In this document: positions 41,733-59,540 of the stretch, piece after piece
Layout of the letters: every line of letters begins with the position of its first letter
How positions within the stretch are numbered: position 1 is the stretch's first letter
NCBI GenBank assembly: GCA_039096225.1
Contig: JBBPEB010000006.1
Coordinates: 1,116,001-1,180,000 of the forward strand
Origin: Blastocystis sp. Blastoise
Lineage: Eukaryota; Protista; Bigyra: Opalinata
DNA length: 64,000 nucleotides
Direction: 5' to 3'
Made by a program: the position numbers and the translations under genes
Notes under the pieces: generated by a model
The model's input: only the letters and a program-made list of their open reading frames with translations
The model's database searches: none
Told to the model about the DNA's origin: nothing

Positions 41733-42016
41733 CTCTATATAGTTAAAAAGAATAAACAAAAAACAATTCATGATAATGATATATATAAATAATACTAAAG
41801 AAATAATGTCAGAAAAAGTGAAAAGAAAAATTGAATATAGAAAAAGAATTCAAGTAATATATATATATATAATTAAAAAACTTATCTAAAAGATAATAGA
41901 AATAGTGACACTATTGATCCCATAATCACTCTATACTTAAGACGAAAACTGTTATTATTTCATAATGAATACTTATTTGTTGTATATAAGAAACATTATA
42001 AGAATTATTGTTTTAT

Positions 42017-42892
42017 TTATAACTTGTCGATTTCTTTAGATAATAAATGTAATTCTTCCATATTTTCATAATCTCCTAGAGGCAGTGGTTTCTGTGAAGG
42101 ATTTATTTCTTGATTTAATCTGTATATAAGCTCTATATATAAAAAAAATAGAGAATTCAGTATATGAAAAAAAAGGCTATTATAGTAAGATTTTATGAAT
42201 AGATATTAAACTCTATATTTTATATACCTTGTCCATTCAATACCATATCGATATGATGAGATAATAATGTAAATTGAGCTAATAATTCTTCTGATGATAA
42301 TTGAGCTATATATAATAAGTAGTATTACTTGAAGATTATAAATAATAACACATACAAGAGAGTAATTGAAATTGTTTGATAATCGTCATTAAAGAGGATT
42401 GAAGACGTTTCTGCTTTATTTCTAATTCATATTTCTTATTATTTAACTAGAAATATAAATAAAATTATATATATATATATAATAATAATTACTGTATAGA
42501 TAGATTTCTTTAATTCTTTGATTTGTTTATCTAGTTCATATTCTTCTTTTAATAAAGACACAGGAAGTGACTAGAATATATTTTATTTTATATATAAATA
42601 TATATACTTGTTTTAAAGGTAATGGATTCACTGTAATAAATAAATTTCGATTTGCAAAAATCTCTAATTTATCCATATTCTTTTCAATTACATTCTTTAA
42701 AAATATATTGATCTTGTTTGTACCTTGTTGTAAATCTTCAGTGTATTCTATTTCATTTTGATCGAAAATAGATTTAAGAGCATCTTCAAAGGAATGTATA
42801 CCATCATTTATGTAGGCATCAAAAATATTATAAATATCATTTATGAGATCTTTAGAAGAGAATAACTCTACTGTTTCCTTTTCAATACTCAT
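42017..42892 (-). CDS. MIS12: Kinetochore protein Mis12-like (multi-exon)
   Basis: DLINDIYN...QQGTNKI...KNMDKLEIFANRNLF matches the Mis12 N-terminal pattern and is followed by coiled coil. Confidence 0.7.
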
Positions 42893-43127
42893 TTTTATTT
42901 TATTTTCAATTTTTTAAATATATTTCTATATTATTCAAGCTTGAATGAATATAAAATAGTATTAATAGATATTAAAGAATTAAATTGAAAGAAATAAGAT
43001 TAAAAAATATGTTTTTTGAAAACAAAAGTATAGTTTGCCTATAATTTGACTTGTTCCCTCGATTATACTTTGAACCACTTTTTTTAGTTAGTTTTCATAA
43101 AAGACTGTTTCAACTGATATTTATCCT

Positions 43128-44212
43128 ATGAGTGGCACAGTATCTAGAAGACCCTTCAAGAGGGGATTTAATAAGAATGATTCAAACAAGAAAATTGTGG
43201 ATTCAAATTCAATTTCTTTGAAGAGAAAACGTATTTTTCTATTCCTTAATGTTCAGAAATATATGAATTATGTCAAAATATTAATCTAAAATATTCATAT
43301 TCTATAGAAATCAAACGTAAACAGAATTTTAATAAGAATTCTAATATTCTTCATAAATATAAGAAGCTGAAGGAAAAGGAAGTCAATAAGAATATTCCAA
43401 AGAAAATCAATGATGATGAAATATCAGATAATGAAGAAGAAAGTGAAGATGACTTACAATTAAGACAACAAGTATATTGAATATCATTTTTTCTTTTATA
43501 TTTTTAGATATCTACAGACAAGGAAAATTATGGTAAGTCATTGTGATTGAATATTCATATATTATTAGAATTAATATTAAATATATATATATATAGAGGA
43601 TGCTTTTGTTGTGAATGCTGATTCTGATGATGAAAATAATTCTATAAAAGAAGTAAAAGATGAAGAGAATAATGTATTTGTCGTTGAAGATTTAAAGAAG
43701 AAAAACGAGAATAAACCTAAGAAAATTATAGATGGAAAAACAAAACCAAGTATAGTTTTTTTATTATTATTATATTATTATTATTATAAACGAGTATTAT
43801 TCTATTTATTATATTTCTATTCTATATAGAACAAAGAACATATACTACTCATAAACCTAATATGTTCCAAGAAGCTCAGAAGAAAGCAGAAGGTATTTCT
43901 TATAATATAGTTATAACTATTATATATATATTCTATTGTTTATATTCTATTTTTATATTTTTTTACTATTCTTATATATCATTATCCTACCTTTAATATC
44001 CTTAATTAACTATATATTTAGAATATAAAAAGCAACAAGAAGAAAAGAGATTACAAAAAGAAAAGAAAGAATTAGAAATAAAACATAAAATCTCAAGAAA
44101 ACAGAAGACTTCACATAAATTAAATGCAAGAACAAAGAATGGACAACCTATCATGAAATTCCAAAGTCAATATTTATTAGAAAAAATTAAAAAACAACTT
44201 AATGTTGATTAG
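43128..44212 (+). CDS. rRNA-processing Fyv7/TAP26 (CCDC59)-like protein
   Basis: Lys/Glu-rich spliced CDS with KYKKLKEKE and the C-terminal LNARTKNGQPIMKFQSQYLLEKIK motif. Confidence 0.75.
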
Positions 44213-44764
44213 AATTAATCGCTATTTTTTTATATTCAATTATTTGCTTCGTTAAATGAATTCATTTTATTATTATTTATTAAAAATTAAAAAAAATATA
44301 TTTAAATCAAAAATAAAACTTTATATTTTAAAAGAAAGCCATAATTTCTTGCACATAAATATACATATAATATTCTTATATTAAAAAAAGTTTCTTAAAT
44401 AATAAAAACAACGTTTGTAATCATCATGGACATCAACATCTCTTTAACTTATAGTTATAATTTAAAAATTAAAATACGGCTACATACTATGCCATCATCA
44501 TATTGCCATTATATACTGTATACATGACACACTTTTCAATCCAAACCAATGAATCTTGGAAATGTTGAAAGAAGCTGACTAATATTCAATAATTTACATT
44601 GCTGGAAATTCTAGAATACTCTCTAAATATCCCATTTAAACCACGATTATTCAACATTTCTGATATTTTCTGAAAATATTAATTTTCTAAAGGTTGAAAT
44701 GAGGGGAAAATTTTTACTAATTTTATTTATTCATTTCAATAAAGTAGATTCTGTAGTAGCTTAA

Positions 44765-45129
44765 ATGACTCATCCATGTGTTACAGAAAAGGGACCACAG
44801 TGTTCATTCAATAATGTCAAAAGACCAAGAACTTGTTCAAGACGTCGATCAAGGTATTTTCTTTTTTTTCTTTTGTTTTCTCTATAATTTTTAATTAGTG
44901 TGGATTCCTTCTGTGAGAATGACAACCTTCCAAAGTGTGCTGTCTGTAGTATTGCTATTCAACTTAACCAGAACATCTACATGTATTTTCTTATCATAAG
45001 AAGCTGTTTCTTGTTATTTTCTAAAACAAATACATATTTAGGTTCGGTGATGCTCCATTCTGCTCAGAGGAATGTAGAAATATTGCTTATCAAGCAGTAC
45101 AAAATCGTTATAATGAGAATTCTTATTAG
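44765..45129 (+). CDS. 86-aa FCS-like zinc finger (FLZ/DUF581-type) microprotein; exons 44765-44853, 44899-44982, 45042-45129
   Basis: Splices via two GT-AG introns to ...LPKCAVCSIAIQLNQNIYMFGDAPFCSEECRNIAY..., i.e. CxxC-x17-FCSxECR. Confidence 0.8.
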
Positions 45130-45902
45130 GTTTCGCTTGCATTCAATTTACTTTATTTTTTTCTTCTTTTCTATTTCTCTTCTTTTTCTTTTTCTTGTTT
45201 TATCATTTCATTTTTAATATATTAAGAATGTCTTTTTTTTGAATCTTTTAAAAATACTTTTCCTTACTTTTTTTTGCTTATTTATAATATATTTTATATA
45301 AAAAATGTATATTCTTAAATATATATAATGAATACATATATATAGTATAGTATATATATAAAACGAATTTTATATATGATTAAACGAATTGTTTTAAATG
45401 CTGGTTATCTAGCTATTTAAATTATTCTTATAATAATAATAATAATAATACTTTTTTTCTCTATTATCGTGAGTCTTTTTATATCGTTTTCTTTATTTAG
45501 TTTTATTTTTTTAAAAAATTTTGATTTTATTTTGCTTAATGAATATATTTTTATCTATCATTATGTGCTTATAATGAAGATGAATGTATTTATATATATG
45601 AGAGACATTTATTGCTATTTCTATCAGGATACTTCTTTTTCTTTTTTATATTAGTTTTGGTATCCATTTTTTTTTTGACTTTATTTATCTTTATATTGAT
45701 TCTTAGATCTATTGATGTGAATAGTCTTTCTAGTTTATTTTTTACGTGTTTTTATACTTAGAAAGTAATTTGTATTTTATATATGTACGCTGAGTGGTAT
45801 GTAAAATAAAAAAAAAATAATTTTAAATAACTAAAAAGGAATTAAAGTATAAAGAAGGGTTAATAGATTATTATCATAAAACAATAGTTTAGAATCATTG
45901 AT

Positions 45903-47946
<2,044 letters not shown>

Positions 47947-48225
47947 ATTTTTTATGAATATCCATACGATTCAACAGAAATTATTTATAAAAATTATTTC
48001 TCTTTAAAGACACAAAAGAAAACCAATAATCTGACCCCAAAATCTCGTGAGATTTAGAAATTATCAGCAAAATTCTACTTTTTTTTCAACACTTTTCAGA
48101 ACAATTCAGTATCACTTTAAAATTAAACTATTTCTACTCATTTACTTATTTTATCTTGTTTTATATCCTTTCTAATCTATCAGAACAAATATCTCTATAT
48201 CATTAATCTATTCATAAATCAAATT

Positions 48226-49700
48226 ATGCAACAATTACCTCCTCCAGCACCTATTGCTCCTGAATTAGGAATCAATTATGTTTCGAATCCAATCCTTGAA
48301 TATCAATATCCACCTGTATCAGAAGATATTATCAAAAACATTTCACATGCTTTAATTGCAGTACCTCAGTTTTATATACAAGTATGTCATTTAATGAATA
48401 AGATGAATTTACCTCCTCCATTTGGATCTATAACTCCACAACCTCCGTATCCTTTAGATACTATATCTTCTGGAATCAAACGAGTAGGATAGTTTTTTTA
48501 TAATAAATTCTATTTTTGTTCTTATTTTTCTTCATAATTAATATATTTATATTATATTTGCTAGACTTATGATTATGCAGAGAATGAGAGTGAGAAAGAG
48601 TCTGATGATGATGATGATAATTCTTCAAATTCTTCGTATCAATCAAAACGTCCTAATATGGCCTCTGTTGTATATATATATATATATATATATATATTTG
48701 GTTAGAATTCTTATATTCATTATTCTTATTTATGTATAGTCAATTACAATAGATAAATCAGATATGAATAGTTCACCTACTATTGTTTCTACAACAAATA
48801 ATACAATATCCAGTAGTTCTCAGCCTATTTCAGACATTCCTACTTCTTCTCCTTCTCTTCCTCTTTCTACTTCAGAATCAACAAATACTATAAATAAACC
48901 AAAAATTATGGCAAATATATTTAGAAAGAAAACAATAGCTCCTTCTTCAAATGTCAAGATAATCACGGGAATATTCCAAAGCACAAAAGTAGAACGTACA
49001 TGTGCTAGTAACGATATTATTAAAGCAGGAATTGTTTCTAAAGAAGGTATATAAATTTGTTTTTTATTGCTTTTTATTTACTTTTTTTATATATACTTTT
49101 ATTATAAATTCAATTCATTCTTTTTTTTATTATTATCCTTTTAAAAGAATAATAATAATAATTATATATATAAATATAGAAATAGCCACTCTTCCCAAAT
49201 TCCAGAATTATTCTCCTGGTGAAGTGAGTAATAAATTATATATAAAGAATCTTGCAAAGACAGTTACTGAAGATGATATATTATATATATTTGGTCGTTT
49301 CTTTGATACAGATAAACAAGCAAAAGAGTATTTTAATTTATATTATTAAAAATGATAGTGATTGTTTTATTTGTCTTTTTATTTATTATAATATAGAATC
49401 ATTATTTAAAAATTATTTTATAGTAATATATACTAATTATAAATATATTTATGATTATACTCTATAATACTTATTATTATATGTGTTACAGACAATTAGA
49501 AATCCATTTATTAAAAGAAGGTCGTTTGAAAGATCAGTGTTTTGTGACATTTCCCGATGAATATAAAGCAGCAGCTGCTCTCGATTCTACACATGGATTT
49601 ATACTCAAAGGAAAACCATTATTTATTGTATAAATATATAATAATAATATAATAGTAATTATTATTTATTTAATATAATAATAATATAATAATAATAATT

Positions 49701-49738
<38 letters not shown>

Positions 49739-49942
49739 TTGTTTAATAATAATATATTAAATAATTTACCTATTCCTATACTCTTCTAGATATTTAGTAA
49801 GAATAAATCGAAAAATGAGTCTTCAAACGTATCAAATAATGAAGAGAAACAGAATAATGCCACAATCAATCAAAAATCAAATAATAATAAACCTATAAAT
49901 ATCACTTTAGAAGGTGAAGATGAAACACTATATATGGAATAA
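48226..49942 (+). CDS. RNPC3: U11/U12 snRNP 65-kDa protein (minor spliceosome)
   Basis: PIAPELGINY...YQYPP...NISHALIAVPQFYIQVCHLMNKMNLPPPF. C-terminal RRM NYSPGEVSNKLYIKNLAK...EGRLKDQCFVTFP...HGFILKGKP. Confidence 0.9.
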
Positions 49943-50780
49943 TATATACTTATATGATTTATATAATTTATAAAAGTAATTATGAATATTATTTCAAAAA
50001 ACTTGTTTTTTATTTCAAAATTTGATATATATATTTATTTCTAGTAATATTTAAAACCTAAATCTGTGAAATATATAAATTATTGTTGATTATTAGTAAA
50101 CTCAATATATATTATATATGTATACTTTTTTTTCCAATGATATTCTTGCAAATAGAATGATTTATACTAGTTTTGACAAACTAAAACATATCTTAAAAAT
50201 CATAGAATTCTATTATACAAAAATGATAATAAAATTGTTTTCTCTAGTGTAAAAATTGACTGTTTAATTGACAAAAATTAAAAAAAAGCATAAAACATTG
50301 AAACTATGTTATATCATTCATATAGTAGTATTTAGAAATTATTGTACTATCATAAGGATTATTAAATAAGTTCAATCAGCAAAAATTATCATAAGTAATT
50401 AATAAAAATATACATATAAAAAAAAGGTAGTTTTTTAAGTATAGAATACCAAAAACGGACACTAGTCATTATTGATTCTATAATAAGAATAGACTACTAA
50501 ATTGGTATTCAATTTAAATAAAGAAGAAAATAGAGTTCTTTACAAAAACTTTTCAATTTCCAAAAAATGAATTATGTTTTTCAAGATTCTTTTGAGAATA
50601 AAACGTTCTTAACTGAATGAATCTTCAGAAACGGCTCTTTTTCTTAGAATAACCATAATAAATCATGCGAATTCTTTCCCTTTAGTTTTTAAAACCTATA
50701 TGATAAGATATACGCTTGTTGTTTATTTTTTGAAATCAACTTCATGATCTATAATAAATTTAATATTAATATTTAAAAAA

Positions 50781-51552
50781 ATGATCATGTCTGAAACTAA
50801 AAGTCTTATGAATATGTGGTTGTTGAAACTAGTTGAAATCACCTTTGGAGTATTCTGCATTATCAGTCTTATTGTGAATTTGTTCCTTCTTTTCTTTGTT
50901 ATAACAAGCTACAATTGTTCTATAAATGGAGAAAGGTATAAAGATATACTTTATTGTTTTGAAACCTATAGTTTTAATTTCTCGTTGTTATTTGTATTTA
51001 TTGTTATTATCTGTTAATTAGATTAAATGAATTAAGAATTATATATATATTTTTTCTATTTAGTAATAACGAAACAAGCTTAGCGATAACATATACTGAT
51101 AATTATTCAAAATACCATGCAATGAAAATGAATGAAAAGTTATTGATACAATCTCATTTTCATAATGATACAGATTATGTTTTTCAAGAATTTTATAAGG
51201 ACAAAAATGTTTCCATTGATTATTTTTCTTCTTCAGTTGTTTATTATGAAACGCAGTTGCCTTTGTCTACAGACCATTTTCTATTCACAATAGATGACAA
51301 AGAAATCTATGTGTTGAATAATAAGGATAGAAGAATAGTTTCAAATAATTATTCCACTTTATCATGTCAAAACCATTCGTATATAATTCATTTGTTATGA
51401 CTCATTATTATTCTATATTATTCTTTTATTACATGTTTATAATGTATAGAAATATTCATTTAAAAGAAACGCCATATATACAAAAGGAATCTATTGCTTC
51501 GTTGTATTTATATATCAAAATAATTAAAGGAGAATATGAAGTACATAATTTC

Positions 51553-51611
<59 letters not shown>

Positions 51612-52189
51612 GGTTGTTATTATATAATATAAAATTAGATAATATTATTATTATATAGATTTATATTTAAAAAATTATATATCTATATAGTTCATTTAAT
51701 AAGAAGAATCAGTCACAAGATTTATCACAAAATGATTCTATATCTATCAGAGTATTTTATATATATAAATGAATATTAATTAATGAATATATAAATAAAT
51801 AGATTGCTGTAGATATTCAAGATTTAAATTTACCTAAATTAATTAAGCTGATACCAGATTATTATGATGAGGGAGATGATATTTGTGAGGGTGATGTTGA
51901 AAAGAAAAGTCAATACTTTTTATCTGATTGTTTCTTGTGTAATAAATATAGTATTTTTTATTGTATGTATATATTTTTAGCATTATTGATTATTCATATA
52001 TATTTAATATTTCTTTTTATTTATAATCGTAATATGATTATATATATATATATTATTTAATAAGTATTAACTAAAATACCAATGTTATATAAATAATAAT
52101 AATATCTGTTAGTATTATTCTTTTCTATGTTTATTATTATTTATTCTATAGTTATGGATATGTATGAAGGTACTTTTAAAGAAATATGA
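50781..52189 (+). CDS. Hypothetical multi-exon membrane-anchored protein (N-terminal TM helix)
   Basis: Hydrophobic ITFGVFCIISLIVNLFLLFFVIT followed by GT-AG-bounded exons. Last exon reads IMDMYEGTFKEI*. Confidence 0.6.
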
Positions 52190-52624
52190 ACAAACACATT
52201 TTAAATCGAATCAAATAATTAAATTCCATTATGGAAATCCAGGTATATAAATATATAATTTATTTTATATATTCTTTTCTTTCCTTTGTTTTTCATACTT
52301 TTTTAATGACATCATATCTTAACAGATTATTATTTCTTCTTTCCATAAATAATTTTCATACATTTGTTTAATCTTATTGTTTTTTTCTATATAATTAGTA
52401 TATATTATCTTAATAGAGTATATATGACTCTTTCTATATAGTTCTTATTGAATATAACCCTAAAAAGAGAACACAGATCTGATGATACTAAAGAAAACAA
52501 ATACTGTAAAGTTGTGTGACGCGTGAATTCGTGTGGAATTTCAATATTGTAAAAAAAAAAATAAATAATAAAAAAAATAATAAAAATAATAAAAATCAAA
52601 TAAAAAAAAAAAAAACTATATTGT

Positions 52625-54328
<1,704 letters not shown>

Positions 54329-54512
54329 TTCTTTGTAGATTTCTTTTTTAAAATTCAAAAAAACACAAAAAATGAATTAATTGAAAAAGATATTTTAAAA
54401 GTAAACTTTTGGAGAAAAATCGTAATTAATCGTTTTCGTTATAATCGTGAAAACACAGAACAAAATAAAGATTAACATACAATCAAGATTCCTTTTTATA
54501 GTTCATGTTACA

Positions 54513-57357
54513 ATGATATTCAATAGATTTATTGTACATATACTTCTTGTAGCGTGTATATCCCTTTGCATATCTTTTAAATAACGAAATATAGTACTTT
54601 GTGAATCAGTTTTGCTTTGTGATCAATATGAAGCGATTTTGAATACGTACGATACTCCTTTCTCTATTAAATGCAGATATGACGATAAATTATTCATAAA
54701 GCCAAACTTGATGAATACAATTCACTTTGAAAACAATACACTTTTTGGTTATATACCTAAAGGAATTGAAAGAATTGATTATACTATCTTTAGCAAACTA
54801 AATAAAGATGAAAATGCCATTATTAGTATTGGATGTATGTTTTTTTATTTATTTTTTGAATTATTTTTTTTTAAATAACTTTTTAAAGTAATTTTTTTTA
54901 TAAATTCTATAATTACAGAAACCAATATATTAAATAAAATTAAATAATTAATTCTATAGATTATTCGCAAAGTACTTTTTTTATGCCTCGTGATTCTCAT
55001 TATAAATTATATCAAAATATTGAAATGCCAACTTTATTCTTTATATTTCCTGGTTATATGCATGATTATTCCATAACTCCTTCGTTACCAGTTACATTTA
55101 AATTTAACTATAAAAAAGGTACTTTAAATGGTTTAGTTCAATCTTATAGTCAACCTGTTCAATTATATACTGTTAAAGCACTAAATCAAAAAAATGAAAC
55201 TGTTACTACAAGTTTTGCTATTCATTATTATGGTATATAGATTTATTATTGTTTTTTTGTTTTTGTTTTTCTTTATTTTATAATATATTTTTTCTTCTTT
55301 ATATTATATGTATATTTTTTCTTTATATTATAATAGAATATTTTTTTTTCTTCTTTATATTATATTATATTATAATATATATATATATAGATCAATCTTC
55401 ATTGGATATTAATATAATTCATTCATTTTATTATTTAAATATTATTCCTAATGGATATAAGCATCTTCATTCTCATTGGTTGACATATCAAAAACCCTCT
55501 TCTGCACTTTATGAATTTTGTGAAGCTATTGTTATGGGAGAAAATATTTATTATATTTTTAATGATATATTATCAAATTATAATAATACGTATATTATGG
55601 TTGTATTATATTATATTATTTATAATATTTATAATATTTATAATATTATATAATTTATTATAATTTATTATAATTTATAAATCTATATAATACTATATAT
55701 ATGACTATTTATATAGAGTAGGAGGGGATACCTTTACTGTTTCTTTTGAAGGATATATTACATTTCCAAAACCTTATTTTTATTCTTTTAATTTAACTAC
55801 ATTTCAAAGTGCTTCCTTATATATAAATAATCATTTAATTGTATATAAGAATAAAGATGAAGATGTTGAATATGTTGGTCCAAGATCTATATATCTAAAT
55901 GGTACATTGCCTTATGAATTAATATATTCTACTTCATTTCTTTCTGTTACTCATGAAAATACACATCATGTCAGTCATTCTCAGAAGAATTCAACTTATT
56001 ATTCAAATATTCATCATAATACTACTCAAAATTCTTCTCCCTATAAACAGAATCTTAATACAATCTATAGAAAATCTTCAAATTCCCTTGATTATCCAAC
56101 AAAATCATTTTCTTCATCTAAAGATATTTTTTCACTTTCTTTTTCATATATTACTTCTTATTCTCTTCATTTCCTTCATTCTTCTATGGTATTATATAGA
56201 AATGAATCTATGATTCAAAATCCAATTATTCCTTTTATGCTCTATGACACACCTTACTCATTCAATCCACCATTACCGCGGGGAATTGAGTTTCTCTATG
56301 GGTATTTAGCAGGTGTTCCTGAAGACATTTCTCCTAAAACGATATATACACTTACTCTAATTCAATATGGTAATGAAATCAAATTATCTGTTGAAATTGA
56401 AATTATTGGTATATATTTATTGTTTTTTGCTATTGAATATATTATTATGGATTTATTCATTAGAATAATGAATAGATTTACTGTTTTATTTTTTTATATA
56501 AATATATATATATTATCTATTTGATACTATATTCTATATGTATTCTATATTTATTTATTTAAAATAATATATTTATTATTCTATAATATTATAGATAAAC
56601 CAAATAGTAAACCCTCTTCTCTATATATATTATCACGTGATTTTGAGCCAATTACAGAGATTACTGCCTATATACATAATGAAACAAATACTTATTATAT
56701 TCATGGAGATCATAATTTAACTAGAATTTTATTAATACCTTCAATACCTTCTGTTTTATCTCTTAGTCAATCAGGTACAATTTTATCGCTTTATTTAAAT
56801 CATCATTTAGACAAACAAACGTATATATATATATTTTTAATTGTTTATTTATGTTATTATTTATTATTTATTATATTATATTAATTATTTATTATATATA
56901 TATATATATATATAGGTTTTCAATAACTGGATGTAATGAATATGGGTGTATATCTACTACTCTTTCTATTGAAATTATTCCTTGTGCTTATCCTGATATG
57001 TTAGGAATTTTGTTAGGTCAATATTCTGCTGCACATATATTTGTTTATCAAGGGTATAGAGGATTCTATTATATCTTATTTATTCTATTTATTTTATTCT
57101 ATTTATTTTATTATTTTATTTTTTTATTATTCTTTTTTATTATTATTTTTTTTTATTTTATTTATTTATATATTCATTAGTATTCTCATCTTTAACAACA
57201 ATTTATATAATAATTTTATTACGTTTCAATTTAATACTATTAAAACTATATATAGTAATAATGATATACCTATTGCTGTGGCTACTCCATCTTATTATGA
57301 TTTAATGATATGTGCACCACTAATAGAAACTATATTATATGCAGTTAACTTCTCAAA

Positions 57358-57394
<37 letters not shown>

Positions 57395-59509
57395 TATTAT
57401 AATTGTTTGTTTGATTAATATTTATATTATATCTTTTATATTATTATTATATGTATAATAATGATTATATATATATATATATATATAGATTTCAAGGGAG
57501 TACCTTTTATCCTGATATATTTATGACTTCTGGGTTATGTCTACCTAACATAAAAATGACCAATGTTTTTTATCAAGAAATGACTTTATATTTAGGTATA
57601 TATATATAGAATTATTAATATATATATATATATATATAATAATTCAATTTAAAAAAATTAATAATAATTAATAAAAATAATAATATATAGGACATACCGA
57701 TAAATTATATATGGAAATATATCAATCCTTATTTATAAGGAATATTAATGAAGTTTCATTAATGAAACCATTTTCTTTTCTTTCTCCTTATTATTATATA
57801 GATATATCTCCTTCTCTTCCTTCTACTACATCGTTATTACATAATGGTATATCTATATATGGACGTTTTAATGAATCTGGAACAACTATATATCATAGTA
57901 TATTCACGAATTTTCATTTGATATTTGCGATGAGTTTAGCTATACATGTTGTTGGTATATATATATATATATATTAAAATTATTACAATATTTTCAAAAA
58001 TATTATATATATATATATATAATTATTACAATGTTTTCTAAAAAATTATCTTTTTTATATATAATTATAATTATATATATAGATTATAATAAAGATGAAT
58101 CTTTGAATAATACATATATTAATATGAATATCTATCGTCATTGTTTTTTCCCATGGGAATCTTTCTCTATATATACATATAAAGAGAAACAAATTGTGTT
58201 TTTTAGTACAAATATTACTTATAATTGGACCTCTAATGTTCGTGTTTTACAGGATACTATTATTATTGAATATATGAATAATCATACTGATATATATACT
58301 AATGATTCTATTACTCCTTCTCCTCTTTATATATATACAGATACTCAATTTATAGGAATTATTGAGATTCCCGCGAATACTCCTTATTATTCAACTATAA
58401 TTCATATTTCTCCAGTGTTAAAGAAATATCAAAATTGTCTTATTTATAATAAGATGAATGAACCTTCTTCGAATTGGAATCACGTGTATTTTGATTATTC
58501 TGATTGGTCAGAAGTTATTTTTAATTACCAAGGGAATATGAATGGAATAACTAGTTATTTTCGATATACATTTACTATCAATATATTAAGTACATTAATA
58601 GGTATTGAATATGAGTTATATACACAATTTGGATTTATATTATATATTAATGGTCATGAAATTAGAAGAGAAATGTTATCAAAAAGAAAAAACATGGACT
58701 ATTCCACTTATTCTACTGGCTTTCTCGATGATAATAAGTTTTTAACGTATATATGTTATTTATATATGTTATTTATGTAGATTATTTATATATTATTTAT
58801 TTATTATTTAAATATTATTTATATATTATATTTATATATTATATTTATATAAGATTTATATATAATATTGATTCTATATATAGTGGTATATTACCTTGTG
58901 ACTTCTTTTCTTTGGGTACAAATATATTTGCTTTTGAAATACATCGTTATCCAAATGTTACTAATTTATATGGTCCTATAGAGCCTACTAATACAACTAT
59001 GCCTTTTTCTTGTCCTGTTATTAATGTAGATGAAGATTATTATGAATGTGATAGGTATAATAAATATAATGAGTATAATAAAATTAATAATGATAATAAA
59101 TATATTGATATTAATAGATGTAATGATAAATATTATGATGATTATGATAAACTTAATAAGTATAATATACATGCTAAAAATACAAATATCTTAAATCAAT
59201 TAAATGATAAAGTTGATATAAACAAGAATATTATATATAATAACGAGGAATCTAATTACATTTCAAATTACTGTAATAATATATTAAAAGAAAAAAATCA
59301 TCAAATTTCTACTATTAATAGTACTAAAAATAATAATTCATTGAATATTGGGTATTCTAAGTTAAATAATCGTAATAGTTATCAGTTATGCTCTTTTAAT
59401 GATCCCTTTCCTATTCATATATATACAGATATTAGTGCCAATTCTATTAGTGGAAACTGCTCTTTAAGATCTATATATGGAAAAACAGATAATAATGTAT
59501 ATATATATA

Positions 59510-59540
<31 letters not shown>

